A stretch of DNA of 64,000 nucleotides from Octopus vulgaris (GCA_951406725.2 OX597828.1:6386001-6450000), one strand, 5' to 3'. Shown: positions 27,011 to 39,234, counted from the stretch's first letter. Translations and numbers: made by a program. Notes: generated by a model from the sequence alone, not told the origin.

Positions 27011-28709
27011 TGCGCTTTCAGTGGTATACTTGCCATAACACTTACATATGAATTGAAATGTGGCGTATGGCTACATTCAGAAAAAGGGGAAAAAATGGGT
27101 GAAACAAATACGCACACAAACAGACACATATATACAGACACAGACACACACACACACACATATATATATACATATATATGCATATAGAAATAAATACATA
27201 TGCATATATAAATTTCCATATATGTGCGCAAACATACATGTATTACACTTTTCACGATACACATTACCATATAAACGTGTGTGTATGTTTGCGCGATTGC
27301 GTGTATATATGTGTGTGTGTGTGTTCGCGCTCGCGCGCGTATCTGTGTACGCGCGTGCTCCTGTGTGTGTGTGCGTGATCGGCGATGACACGCATGTGTT
27401 TTGAGATGGAGTAGCAGCACAACCACTCGCCGACCGACACAATGTAGGGTAAAATGGCAATACACGCTAACACGTATGCGTTTGCACTCGCACACATGCA
27501 TTCAAACGTGCACATACACTGCATACACACAAAAGTATATGTCAGCACAATTGCCGACGCTCACGCACATACACACACATATACAGTAATAAGTGTACGC
27601 ACATATACGCGCAGTCGAACACTAGCTGTGCACGCGAAGACACACAAAGGAATAAAGAAGTATACAGCAAAGCTCATCCAAAGGACACGTAATTGTCACA
27701 TGCAGATAATAGAGCCGAAAGGGCGTGGCTGTTTCCTGAGTTATTTTGTTGTGTAGTTGCAACAGTCTTATTGTCAAGGGACACATTGGTGAGAATTTCC
27801 AGATACAGAATTTCGTTGAGTTCAATAAATAAAAAATAAATAAATAAAGTGTTTGTCTTTTTCCTTTGTTTGCCGACTTCTTTGTTGCTTTAGAGGTTTG
27901 CAGTTGATGTCTTGTTATTGTTGTTGTTGGTTTCTGTTGTTCCATTTTTTTTTTCTGTTGAGATTAGAACAGTTTGACATTGGAGAAATTAAAAATAATA
28001 ATAAAAGTTGACAGCAGATATAGCATAGACAGAAAATACGTCTTCCAAGAACCAACACTTTGACAGCGTTTAGGTCCCAATGGAAGCCATTCCATTTTAC
28101 TTAAAGCCCAGTATTTTTCTTTCTTTCTTTCTTTTTTTTTACTTTTTGGTTTCGTTACTTCAAGCATGCGAGACTAAACCTACGTGGTCGTTCAATCTCC
28201 TAAAAAAAAGCAGTTAGTTCTATTTGATCACGATAAATTTACGATAATGTAATGCTATTTCCAGAGTGGAAAAAAAAAACTAGTTAGTTATGCCTGGCTG
28301 CCTATCATCAGAGATTTGTTGAATAAGCAGATGTAAAAGCAACAACAGCAACTTTCCGTGACTATGCTTTTTGTAAGGTATGGACTTACCTAAGATTCCT
28401 TTGAAAATACGAAGAATAAGAACCATTCTATAAAAATACATAGACGCATATTAATGTGTGTGTGTGTGTTTGTGTGTTGCGGTGTGTGTGTGAGTGCGTA
28501 ATGTTATTGTGATAGTGACTTCACAAAATTTTGCCATGTATAAGACTTATTCCAACAGTGAAGCGTGTGTAATAATGCATGCTCACATAGACTCAGCTAC
28601 GGTTTTACATATTCTTTCATAATATTTAAATTCATTGCAGGCCTTAATGTTGTACTATTTGAAAAGGCCGTACAACCGGTGAATCTTCGATGTCATTGAC
28701 AATAAAGAT

Positions 28710-29082
28710 TTTTGTTCGTGGGAGGGGGACGACTCGATTATATTGATCCCAGTGCTTAGCTGGTAATTATTATATCGACCCCGAAACGATGAAAGATAAA
28801 GTAAACCTCGGCGGAATTTGAACTCAGAACGTACTGATGGACGAAATACCTATTTCTTTACTACCCACAAGGGGCTAAACACAGAGAGGACGAACAAAGA
28901 CAGATAAACGGGTTAAGTCGATTATATCGACCCCAGTGCGTAACTGGTACTTATTTAATCGACCCCGAAAGGATGAAAGGCAAAGTCGACCTCGGCGGAA
29001 TTTGAACTCAGAACGTAACGGCAGACGAAATTCCGCTAAGCATTTTTCCCGGTCTGCAAACGATTCTACCAGCTTGCCGCTT
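28710..29082 (-). mobile_element. SINE family B, dimeric form
   Basis: Reverse complement with two bodies separated by cgaaatacctatttctttactacccac. Confidence 0.85.
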
Positions 29083-29149
29083 TATTGCCAATAAAAATAT
29101 TACTTGAAAACATTTGACTCTACATTTGTAGCGAATTATGATGTGTGCA

Positions 29150-29233
<84 letters not shown>

Positions 29234-30126
29234 TGAGAGAAGGAGATATACGCGAGTTTTATATTTTTTTGTCCGTATATTTATCATTAGAAAACTTTAT
29301 CAGAAACAGATTTCTCCGCGGGATTGTAAATTTTGATTATACCCACAAGCAATCGACTGTATTGAAGAACCTATTTCTAAAGAATGAATATAATCGTAGT
29401 TTATATTCGTATTTCTATTTTCGCATATTCTTTTTAATATATCCGGAGATTTTATAATATCATTGTTATTATATATTGAAACATATTAAGGAGTATAATG
29501 TATCATTGCATTCCATTCCATCTGGCTGAGCCCATGAAGTATGTACAGTCTTAGAATCAAGTTAATCGATGTTTCTCATTGACTTCTTAGCTGTTGTACT
29601 CTAGTAAAGAGTATCGATGTACATACATTCTACGCTGCATGTAACCCCATATTAACTTATTGCTCAATCTCGATCTAAGCTCATTCTTGTTTCTCGAGAT
29701 AAATGTGCTCAGAATATTTACCATAGAAACGGATATCTTCCATTCTCAGGACCATGTCGATGGATGTTCCGTTGAAAATTTTTTTTTTCCATAACTAGTT
29801 TCTTTAGGATGACAATCTCCCTCACCTAGACTGCGCATGTGCAATCTCAGTTGTCTTATCCAGAATGCATTTTGGTTAGTTTTGTATATTTTGTTTATAT
29901 ATTCTTTGTGCTGTAGCGTTCATGATCCTCTCCCGTCCGCACAGAGTTTTTCGATAAATGCACTTGACTTGGACTGGACTAACAAGTGCTTGTATTTATA
30001 ACATAAATAGATCTCTCTGTCTATCTGCAAATCTCGCCCCACTCCCGCTCATTCTCTCTCTGTCTATCTGCCAATCTCACCCCGCCATTCATTGTCTGTC
30101 TGTCTGTCTCTGCCTGTCTGTCTGTC

Positions 30127-30161
<35 letters not shown>

Positions 30162-30856
30162 GTCTCTGTCTCTCTCTCTCTCTCTCCCTCTCTCTCTCTT
30201 TTTGAAACTTCTCAATAATGAACTGCAATCTAAGTCATTCTTGAGATTATCATTATTGTTCATTTCATTACAGAAACAGTAAAATAACTTGCTTTTTTCC
30301 AGTTCCTACTCTCTAATAAATATGGCCCAAGTTATGCTATTGGAAATTAACAGTCGATAAGTAATGACATTATCAATATTCACCACCTCATCTCTAAATG
30401 CGTAATGCCATTCTTGATTTCATTCTTCATTATGTTTAACACTCTCTTCCTTAAAATCTGATCATGAAATGAGAATGATAATTTATAGTCAACCTGACGA
30501 CCTTTTTTGTATTGTATGATGTATTTTCATTATTACAGTATTTTGCTGAAAATGATACGGCAGTTTTGGTATGGATGCTCATATTGAGTGAAATAAGGAA
30601 AGGGTCGAAAGAAGGAACTTAAACAATCACCTCAGGAGAAGAATTTCACTCCTTCGATGGATAATAGTGACTACGCAGAATTTCATCAATGTACGACAGG
30701 TGTATAAAGGTAATAAAACAATTAAATCATATTAATTACAGAATGAAGCTCCTTCAATTTTCTGTCATTCCCTATTTATATAATTTCCATGGATACTATG
30801 GAATTATTGATGCGTATCTAAAGGCTGGAGCATATCAACTGTATGTATGTATGTAT

Positions 30857-31053
30857 ATGTGACCACGTGTGTATCGTTGGCGATTTTCTTTCTCCGTCTT
30901 CCCTTCCTTGGACCTTTCCTTTTCCTATGTCTCTGACGAAGAGCTGCGCTCGAAAAGTTAAATCCCCCTTCTTTCTTTCCTTTCCTGAACATCCAATAAC
31001 ACTATACTTGTTCCACGTCCTCGCGTTTTTGTGTTTTCATGTTTGGATTAACT
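30857..31053 (+). mobile_element. Short Penelope-pLTR-like repeat carrying a minimal hammerhead motif (30927-30966)
   Basis: CTGACGA-a-gagc(tgc)gctc-GAAA-agtta; the whole repeat recurs at 63704-63906; ends in (TA)n. Confidence 0.7.
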
Positions 31054-31054
31054 G

Positions 31055-31158
<104 letters not shown>

Positions 31159-31475
31159 TGTATTCGAAGATGTTGTTCTTCTAATCTTCGTCGCCCTAAA
31201 AGCTAAGCAAATATGAAGTACATATAACTTCTACAGAAAATACTTAGTAATCATTTAATTAAATGCAAAATTGTTATTCATTTCATTTAAATTATTTTAA
31301 TTAGAATTAAATGTATTACATTTATGTAATTATAAATTTAATGATATTATTATAATGGGACAGCTATTAAAAACACTTAAATCATGAATTATATGCAACA
31401 TTTATGCTTGTCTTTTATTCTAAATATATCTTTCATATATGCATATACAGATAAAAAAAGTCATACAGGCATGTC

Positions 31476-31514
<39 letters not shown>

Positions 31515-31518
<4 letters not shown>

Positions 31519-31839
31519 TATCTATAAAAGGGAGGATGTGTGTGCGTGTGTGTGTATTTGTGTGTATGTGTGTGTACGTGATTGTAATTTATGCACATCC
31601 ACAAATTAGCACGCATGTCACTCAAATTTTAGAACATTTGTCAACTCCCTATATGGGTTTTGTTAACTTATTTTTTTCCCGAGGCACCCGCGGATAGGAT
31701 AAAAATCTATTTTCAACCATTTTCAACCAAAGCTTTTAACGATAACAAATATCAGCCATTGCTTTTTGATGGCGTCTAACAAAAAAAAAAGATAAAGAAA
31801 AGTGGTAGAAGGAGGCAGAGAGTTTCACGGGAAAGACAA

Positions 31840-31875
<36 letters not shown>

Positions 31876-32340
31876 AGTGACTACGTTCATAAAAAATAAA
31901 ATGTAAAATGTTTTGTTTTTTGTTTTTGAAAGGAACACTATATTTTATAATCATAGTATATATACTTTCTCACACAACAATTACAATATATTTTATTTTA
32001 AATCATTTATTTATTTTAAATCGTTCATCTTTTCCGCCCTCTCTCACTCACACACATTACTTGGGTGCGAAAGAGTTTGGTTTTTATTTTACGCTGAGTA
32101 AAAAAGTGCTTTGTTGACAATCCATTTATTTAACAACAAAGAAACAAAGAGGTGAGTAACAATTTGTCAGTGAATTACACAATATAAATGGATACAATTT
32201 GCGAGGCTTCCACCACACTCCACTCCGTTTCACAGACCACAAAAAGGGATTTGAGACCGAAGTAGTTGATTCCATGCCAAAAACCGATTTTTTTTTCTTA
32301 GTGAAAATTGTGCGAGTGCTAATCTACAAATTTAACAACA
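31515..32340 (+). mobile_element. Probable non-autonomous Helitron 5' portion
   Basis: Begins A|TCatatctataaaa followed by (TG)-rich sequence, as typical for such elements; no 3' CTAG seen, so the right boundary is uncertain. Confidence 0.35.
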
Positions 32341-32456
32341 TTTTTTCCATTCATTTCTGTTTATGAACATGTATGCGTGCACAAAACATGCAATAGGTGT
32401 ACGTACGTGTGTATATGTGTGTTCGTGACTGTTGCCCATATATATTTATATTATAT

Positions 32457-32522
<66 letters not shown>

Positions 32523-32527
<5 letters not shown>

Positions 32528-32855
32528 ATGGCTCAGTAGTTAGAGCGTCGAGCTTACAATCGTGAGGTTGTGAGCTCGAATCCCGGACCGGGCTGCGTGT
32601 TGTGTTCTTGAGCAAGACACTTTATTTCACGTTGCTCCAGTTCACTCAGCTGTAGAAATGAGTTGCGACGTCACTGGTGCCAAGCTGTATCGACCTTTGT
32701 CTTTCCCTTGGATAACACTGGTGGCGTGGAGAGGGGAGGCTGGTATGCATGGGCGACTGCTGGTCTTCCATAAACAACCTTGCCCGGACTTGTGTCTAGG
32801 AGGGTAACTTTCTAGGGGCAATCCCATGGTCATTCATGACCGAAGGGGGTCTTTT
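32523..32855 (+). mobile_element. SINE family C (tRNA-derived, single copy here)
   Basis: Box A tggctcagtagttag, box B-like gctcgaatcc, central gtgttcttgagcaagacactt...cagttcactcagctgtagaaatgagt, distinct tail. Confidence 0.8.
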
Positions 32856-32934
32856 ATAGGTACTGTAAATTTAGGGTGAATACTTGATAAGTGTAAGCAC
32901 CTGTATATGCCAGATAGTGGCAGAAGTGAAAGAG

Positions 32935-33390
32935 AATATATAAAATAAAATTAAAAACAGAACACCAAGGCTATAGCGGTACACGTGTTTCAAGCTTTAT
33001 AAATAATCCGTTCTTACATCAGTGTAAAATTGATATAAAAGATGGTTTAAAGCTCTCTTCAGAGTAACTCTATGTTGAATGGTGATACAGTATGGGTAGA
33101 TTTTCGAAATCCAATGAATCTTTATACATTTATACAGTTAGGAGGTGTTACCAATACACTTTCTCAGGGAGATATGATATACCTATTATAATGGGTAATA
33201 CTACATGTACTTTTCATATTTTTTATAGTGTGATGTAACTCTTTGGAATAACAATGTTTGCGGTTCAAGAGAGCTTTAAGCTATCTTTTATATCAATTAT
33301 ACACTGATGTAAGAACGAATTATTTATAAAGCTTGAAACACATGTAACGCGACATCCTTTGTGTTCTGTTTTTAATTTTATTTGATATAT
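32935..33390. repeat. Inverted repeat (about 130-bp arms), each arm a partly decayed long-stem-II hammerhead
   Basis: Arms 32935-33066 and 33260-33390 are reverse complements; composite gcgg-CTGAAGA-gagcttta...taaagctt-GAAA-cacgtg-TA-ccgc. Confidence 0.75.
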
Positions 33391-33409
33391 ATATATATAT
33401 ATCAAATAT

Positions 33410-34277
33410 AGAGAAAAGAAGTTTTTGGTAGGATAGAATTATTTAATATTTAATTCTTATGCTTTCCTAAAAACTTGATTTCGAAACGTACGTCCGTAGA
33501 TAACTTAAAATTGTATGATAGATTGCCGTCAATTCATTCTCTCTTACCTGTTTGTGTCTGCCTTCCAATTGCTGTTTTTACTGAGATCTCCCTTTTTAGT
33601 AGAAGAAATAGCTATACCTCTTTGACTGCTATTTCTAAATTCGGTATGTGGTAAGGCAATTCGTTGCTAAACCCTTTATTGCTTAGTATTACTTAAATTT
33701 TCCTCGAATGAGGCTTTTACATGCCGAAGACTACTTGGTGTAATTGATAATTATTCCAAATTAATTAATTTCACCCTTCATTATTACGGATAACCATATT
33801 TTATCTCAGTAGATGACCACAGCATCTTGTTTTGGCTACACGCGGGTGGGAAGGGGCTGGTGACACAATCTTTTCATTCACACATTGAATTTGGTGATAC
33901 TAGTTGCGGATTCTAGCTCGCTCTGATACTGAGTTGAGTTGATGCCTTCTTGTATCTCAAAATTCAATATATAATCATTTATGATTATAGTATTCTACGC
34001 TGAAGAGAAAAGAAGTTTTTGGTAGGATAGAATTATTTAATATTTAATTCTTATGCTTTCCTAAAAACTTGATTTCGAAACGTACGTCCGTAGATAACTT
34101 AAAATTGTATGATAGATTGCCGTCAATTCATTCTCTCTTACCTGTTTGTGTCTGCCTTCCAATTGCTGTTTTTACTGAGATCTCCTTTTAGTAGAAGAAA
34201 TAGCTATAACTCTTTGACTGCTATTTCTAAATTCGGTATGTGGTAAGGCAATTCGTTGCTAAACCCTTTATTGCTTA

Positions 34278-34281
<4 letters not shown>
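33410..34281 (+). mobile_element. Partial tandem (1.47 units, 594-bp period) non-coding retrozyme/pLTR-like element
   Basis: Direct repeats 33410-33689 and 34004-34281 differ at only three positions seen; flanked by (TA)n on both sides; no ORF. Confidence 0.8.
33995..34093 (+). ncRNA. Type I hammerhead ribozyme, canonical core, 70-nt stem II
   Basis: Stem I ctacg/cgtag; CTGAAGA 34000-34006; stem II G34007..C34076 (gaaa/tttc, aagtttttgg/cctaaaaactt, gaatta/taattc); GAAA 34077-34080; palindromic stem III cgtacg; GUC site at C34088. Confidence 0.88.
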
Positions 34282-34326
<45 letters not shown>

Positions 34327-34779
34327 TGGAATTTACAAAAAAGCAAATATATATATATATATATATATTTATACACGCACACACACACTCACACACAAAC
34401 TCACACACACACAACACGCGCACACGAACAAACAATCACGCACGCACACATATGCATACACGTGCACAGGCTCACATAAGCACGTGCGCGCGCATTCACG
34501 CACACACTACATGAAATTGTGGACAAATACGCAAAAGTCAGAAAAACACAGCCACTCAAAGAGTGGCCATTTTATTTATAAAATATTATAAATTTAATCT
34601 CATACCAACCGGCTCATGTTATTGGACTGTTTCATCGTTCGGAATGTCCCGAGTAAGGAAAAGTATATTAACAGTTGTTGTAGATGTCTTTTACTGGGTG
34701 TTTGAAAACACGATATCTGTGTGTGTGTATGTGTGTGTATGTGTGTGTGTGTGTGTATGTGTGTATGTACGCATGTATG

Positions 34780-35135
34780 AATGTATGTCATTATTTAATT
34801 TATTTCATGATTTCTTACCAACAGAGAAAGAAACGGTTTCTAACCCAGATCCAAGGCTCCGTCACTGAAATTTCAACATCAACAACAGAGTATTTTTGTA
34901 TGTATGTATGTATGTATGTATGTATGTACAGATTTGTATGTTTTATGTATGTATTATCATGGATATAGTCGCATATCTAGACATACTCATATATATTTAA
35001 AGGATAAATTTCTGGAAAGTTATACAGATTTTTACAGTTCAAGTGATGGATTCAATCTATAGTCTTCGAATTACCGTTCACTTTTCTGGTTTTGAGAAGC
35101 CTAATTTCTCAAGATTGGTATTTAGGAGTGTGTTA
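34780..35135 (-). mobile_element. 3' end of an RLE-clade LINE embedded in (CATA)n
   Basis: Minus translation LNTNLEKLGFSKPEK*TVIRRL*IESIT*TVKICITFQKF, then a 3'UTR identical in type to 6540-6660, ending aatgacatac. Confidence 0.6.
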
Positions 35136-35357
35136 CATATCCCTATGTATGTATGTACGTATGTATGTATGTATGTATGTATGTATGTATGTATGTATGT
35201 ATGTATGTATGCATGTATGTATGTATGTATACATGTACGTATGTATGTATGTATGTACGTATGTATGTATGTATGTATGTGTGTGTATGGGGTATGTGGT
35301 GTGTGTATGTTTGTATGGTGTGTGGTGTGTGTGTGAGTGTGTGAGTGTGTGTGTGTG

Positions 35358-35540
35358 TATGTCTTCTGTTTTTAATCATTTAATTTTTCCTCTGAAGAAA
35401 GTAGTGGCTCCTAACAAAGAGACAAAGCTCCATCATTGGAATGTAGATAATAAAAACAATGTCATAAGTCTTAGAAAGTTTTGTTGTTCAGCTTTCAGAT
35501 TGTATCTATAACGTTCAAGTCAGTTGGTTGGTTTATTCTT
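35358..35540 (-). mobile_element. Related RLE-LINE 3' end (diverged subfamily)
   Basis: Shares ctaac..aga..caa.gctcc.tca.tggaat with 5550-5582 and 34840-34872; ends gacatac in a CA/CATA tract. Confidence 0.45.
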
Positions 35541-35582
35541 TTCTCTTGTTTTGAAAACGAAATCTTATCTAGACATGCATTT

Positions 35583-35865
35583 ATGTATGTATGTATGTAT
35601 GTATGTATGTATGTATGTATGTATTAGGTAGGTAGGTAGGTAGGTAGGTAGGTAGGTAGGTAGGAAGGTTAGTAGGTAGGTATGTAGGTTGGTAGTTAGG
35701 TAGGTAGGTAGGTAGGTAGGTAGGTAGGTAGGTAGGTAGGTAGGTAGGTAGGTAGGTAGGTAGGTAGGTAGGTAGGTAGGTAGGTAGGTAGGTAGGTAGG
35801 TAGGTAGGTAGGTAGGTAGGTAGGTAGGTAGGTAGGTAGGTAGGTAGGTAGGTAGGTAGGTAGGT
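35583..35865. repeat. (TATG)n followed by about 240 bp of (TAGG)n
   Basis: Direct reading. Confidence 0.95.
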
Positions 35866-35887
35866 GAGTATGACTGAATGAATGTAA

Positions 35888-36110
35888 GGCGGCGAGCTGG
35901 TAAAAACGTTAGCACGTCCGGCTTAGCGGTATTTCGTCTGTAGCTACGTTCTGAATTCACATTCCGCCGAGGTCGACTTTGCCTTTCATTCTTTCGGGGT
36001 CGATAAATTAAGTACCAGTTACGCACTGGGGTGGATGTAATCGACTTAATCCCTCTGTCTGTCCTGGTGTGTCCTTTCTATGTTTAGCCTCTTGTGGACA
36101 ATAAAGAAAT
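35888..36110 (+). mobile_element. SINE family B, monomer
   Basis: ggcggcgagctggtaaaaacgttagc...gaggtcgactttgcctttcat...gtggacaataaagaaata. Confidence 0.85.
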
Positions 36111-36196
36111 ATGAATGAATGACTGTACGGATCGATGGATCGATGGATTCATAAATGAATGGATGGTTGGATGTATTTATGCAAGCATCTATGTAG

Positions 36197-36563
36197 TGAA
36201 AGCAACCATACTCTGGGATATGCCAATACACACAGATAGAGAAATTAAGGCCAACATACCAGATATAAGTGTCAGAGACCATGAAGAAAAAAATTGCTTT
36301 CTAATTGATGTATCAATTCCAGCAGATGACAACGTGTCTCTAAAAGAAATGGAAAAACTTTCAAAATACAAAAACCTGGAAATAGAGGTAACTAGAATGT
36401 GGAATCTAAAAACAGAAGCAATTCCTATATCATAGTAGGCATGATAAAAAAATATTCAGAAAAATACATAAGAAAAACACCAGGACTTACAAACACATAT
36501 AACATACAGAAAATTGCACTACTAGGCACTGCACACATCCTACGCAGAACACTTTCAATACAG
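36197..36563 (+). mobile_element. R4/Dong-like LINE restriction-like endonuclease (RLE) fragment
   Basis: ATILWDMPIHTDREIKANIPDI..CFLIDVSIP..KEMEKLSKYKNLEIE..MW, then after a frameshift IQKIALLGTAHILRRTLSI (PD-D/E-K RLE motif). Confidence 0.9.
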
Positions 36564-36569
36564 TGTTCT

Positions 36570-36600
36570 GTATTATTATTAATAAGTATTATTATTAATT

Positions 36601-36675
<75 letters not shown>

Positions 36676-36820
36676 GTTGTTGTTGTTGTTGTTATTATTA
36701 TTATTATTATTCATGTTGTTTTTGTTGTTGCTTTTATTATTATTAATATTATTATTATTATTACTAATAATAGTAGCATTAGTAGTAGTAGTAGCAGTAG
36801 TGGCAGTAGCAGCAGCAGTA
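36570..36820. repeat. Compound trinucleotide array (TTA)/(TTG)/(TAG)/(CAG)
   Basis: Direct reading. Confidence 0.9.
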
Positions 36821-37284
36821 GAGTCTCAGTTGCATTCGTAAAATACAAAGATGTGTGTTAGTGGGTGGTGGAACAATAAATATTAGTCGATATACCAGAC
36901 ATTAAAAGAACGAAAACTAATACAAAGAAAAAGAAAAATAACGAAGAAGAAAGAGAAAAAAAAAACGGCAACTACAACATTATTAGCTGCGGCCAGAAGA
37001 TGGGTCATATTCACCACCGTATGCCCACCTCTGCCGTCGACATTGTTTTCAACATTGTGTCAGTTGTATCAGCAATATCAACAACAACAATATCAAACGC
37101 ATTTGGTGCAAATCCACTTGTTATGTCTGTCAGACATGAAACATTAAAGACAGCTGTGCTCGTGGCATTTATTCACTGTCCTCTTCCTCAACATTATCAG
37201 CATCATCACCACCACCACCAACAACAACAACAAAAACAGCAACAACAATCAACAGTATATTAGTAATAACAATATCAATAATAA

Positions 37285-37355
37285 TATTGATGATGATGGT
37301 GATGATAAGGAGGAGGAGGAGGAGGAGGAAGATGATGATGATGATGAAGAGGATG

Positions 37356-37391
<36 letters not shown>

Positions 37392-37395
37392 GTGA

Positions 37396-37444
<49 letters not shown>

Positions 37445-37445
37445 A
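37285..37445. repeat. (GAT)n/(GGA)n trinucleotide array
   Basis: Direct reading. Confidence 0.9.
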
Positions 37446-37679
37446 AAAGGTTAGAAAACAAACTAAAATATAAGGAGTCTGAAAGAAAATGTTTTGATAA
37501 GGAGACAACAGAAGAAAAAATATATTGAAAGTAGAGAAAAAAGAAACAAAAAGAAAACAAAATGAAAGCGGGAACTCTAAAAAAAAATACGGAAGCCAAA
37601 ATAGAGCGAAAAACCTCTCAATATTCAGTATTCTGCAAGACTGGACAGATAGGAAGTGAGCCGGTATGAAAATAAACAA

Positions 37680-37820
37680 TAGCTCAAAGCTCTGGACTAA
37701 AGGCTGAAGCAGAAGTTTTGATTTTTTTTACTGCAAAAGATCAATGCCTAACCACCAAAGCTACCAAATTAATATCATAAAACAAAAAGCTAACGTCAAT
37801 GGTTGACTATGCAATTATAG
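37680..37820 (+). mobile_element. R4/Dong-like LINE internal fragment, old
   Basis: QSSGLKAEAEVLIF..AKDQCLTT..YQINII, homologous to QSTDLKAETEGFIRAAQ at 14.6 kb. Confidence 0.65.
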
Positions 37821-38023
37821 ACGAATGGTTAAGTTCGCTTCGGAATAGTGAGGACTTGCGCTCAACGTTCTGCGACGCGTCTTGAATATGCGTTTGCTGT
37901 TATTTCTAGCATACCCGTGTTGTCAAAAATGCCGACAGTTATATTAATGAAACGAAAAGGCTTATGAAAACGATGACAGACACGATTAGTAAATGCCATC
38001 AATCGAGTTAATATATACATAGA

Positions 38024-38421
38024 CTAGCAGTATAGCCCAGCGTTGCTCGGGTTTATTTTCTTTTCGAACCTTTAGAATTGGAATTTTTGAAAAGTAAAAA
38101 AATTGCATTATGTAGCTTGTTATTCTCTTTAAGTGAACATTTTTCTGGTTGAAATACACCGAAAAATGTCGACACCGCAGTCAAGAAAATAGTAAAAAAC
38201 TAGGGATTTTCATAGTAAAAAACCACCTTTTTGATGTAAATAATTTTTGGTCTTAACATGGTCGGATTTGAATATTTTCGGAATGAAGAGCAAGCCTTCT
38301 TCTATTATGCTCTCAATTTTGGTCAATTTGCGCCGCAGGGTCTCGGAGGAGATAGTGTTAGTTGAAGGATACCAAACCTGCCACACACATAGACAACTTC
38401 AGTTTCGTATATATATAGAGA
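38024..38421 (-). mobile_element. Non-autonomous Helitron, complete termini
   Basis: Minus strand A|TCtctatatatata...cccgagcaacgctggg (subterminal hairpin)...CTAG|T; no TSD. Confidence 0.8.
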
Positions 38422-38513
38422 TTTGAAGTACTAGAAGAATCAGCTAAGGTTGTAACGTCTCGGTCGAAAACAACGACAACAATAAGTGCGAGTGTGTATT
38501 CATTGTGTGGACG

Positions 38514-38583
<70 letters not shown>

Positions 38584-38611
38584 CTATATATATGAAGCAA
38601 CATTTCCATAC

Positions 38612-38885
38612 TAGCATCGGTTGTGAAGTGATGTTGGTGGGGACAAACACAGGCACACAGACACATTCACACAGACACGCCACACACACACACACATATA
38701 CGTATATATATATAAACATATATACGATGGGCTTTCAGTTTCCGTCTACCAAATCCACTCACAAGGCTTTATTCGGCCCGAGGCTATAGTAGAAGACATT
38801 TGCCCATGGTGCCACGTAGTGGTACTGAACCCGGAACCATGTGGTTCGTAAGCAAGGTATTTACCACACAGCCACTCCTACGCCT
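38612..38885 (-). mobile_element. SINE family A, 3'-truncated
   Basis: Reverse complement of head and body. Confidence 0.85.
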
Positions 38886-39227
38886 GTGTACGTGTATGAA
38901 ACAACGACATTTCCATACTAGCATATTAGTATGATTGAGACAGATTTTGTATGACTTGATACCATTCCTGTGAACAAACCTCACCTATTTTCAGGTAGCA
39001 TACCACCATTTCTACACTTGTTTGAAACTGATAAACTTTGCAACGCTTTCGGATAATAAACATTTGCAGTTTTATTTAAATGAAAATAAAAGCGGCTTCA
39101 GCGCAAAACCGTTCACAACACTTCGCCTGCATTTAGCTCTCCTGATTATTACTCACTCCCACTCCGTTCGTTCTTATTAGCCTCTCTATACCAATGTGAC
39201 CGACAGGGCACACATTGCGTTTCGTCA

Positions 39228-39234
39228 TCATCAT

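Noticed and set aside
30493-30615. CTGACGA...gggtc-GAAA with long intervening hairpin
   Set aside because: Stem II register needs the core GA to pair, and no stem III or NUH site follows
32523-32600. tRNA-like sequence with A and B boxes
   Set aside because: No complete cloverleaf; continues into a SINE body
33703-33735. Second hammerhead-like motif cgaatga-ggc..gcc-gaag inside the 594-bp unit
   Set aside because: Both core boxes deviate and no stem I or III is evident
37000-37263. 87-aa ORF ending in poly-H/Q, transcription-factor-like
   Set aside because: Embedded in decayed trinucleotide arrays; no domain or splice evidence
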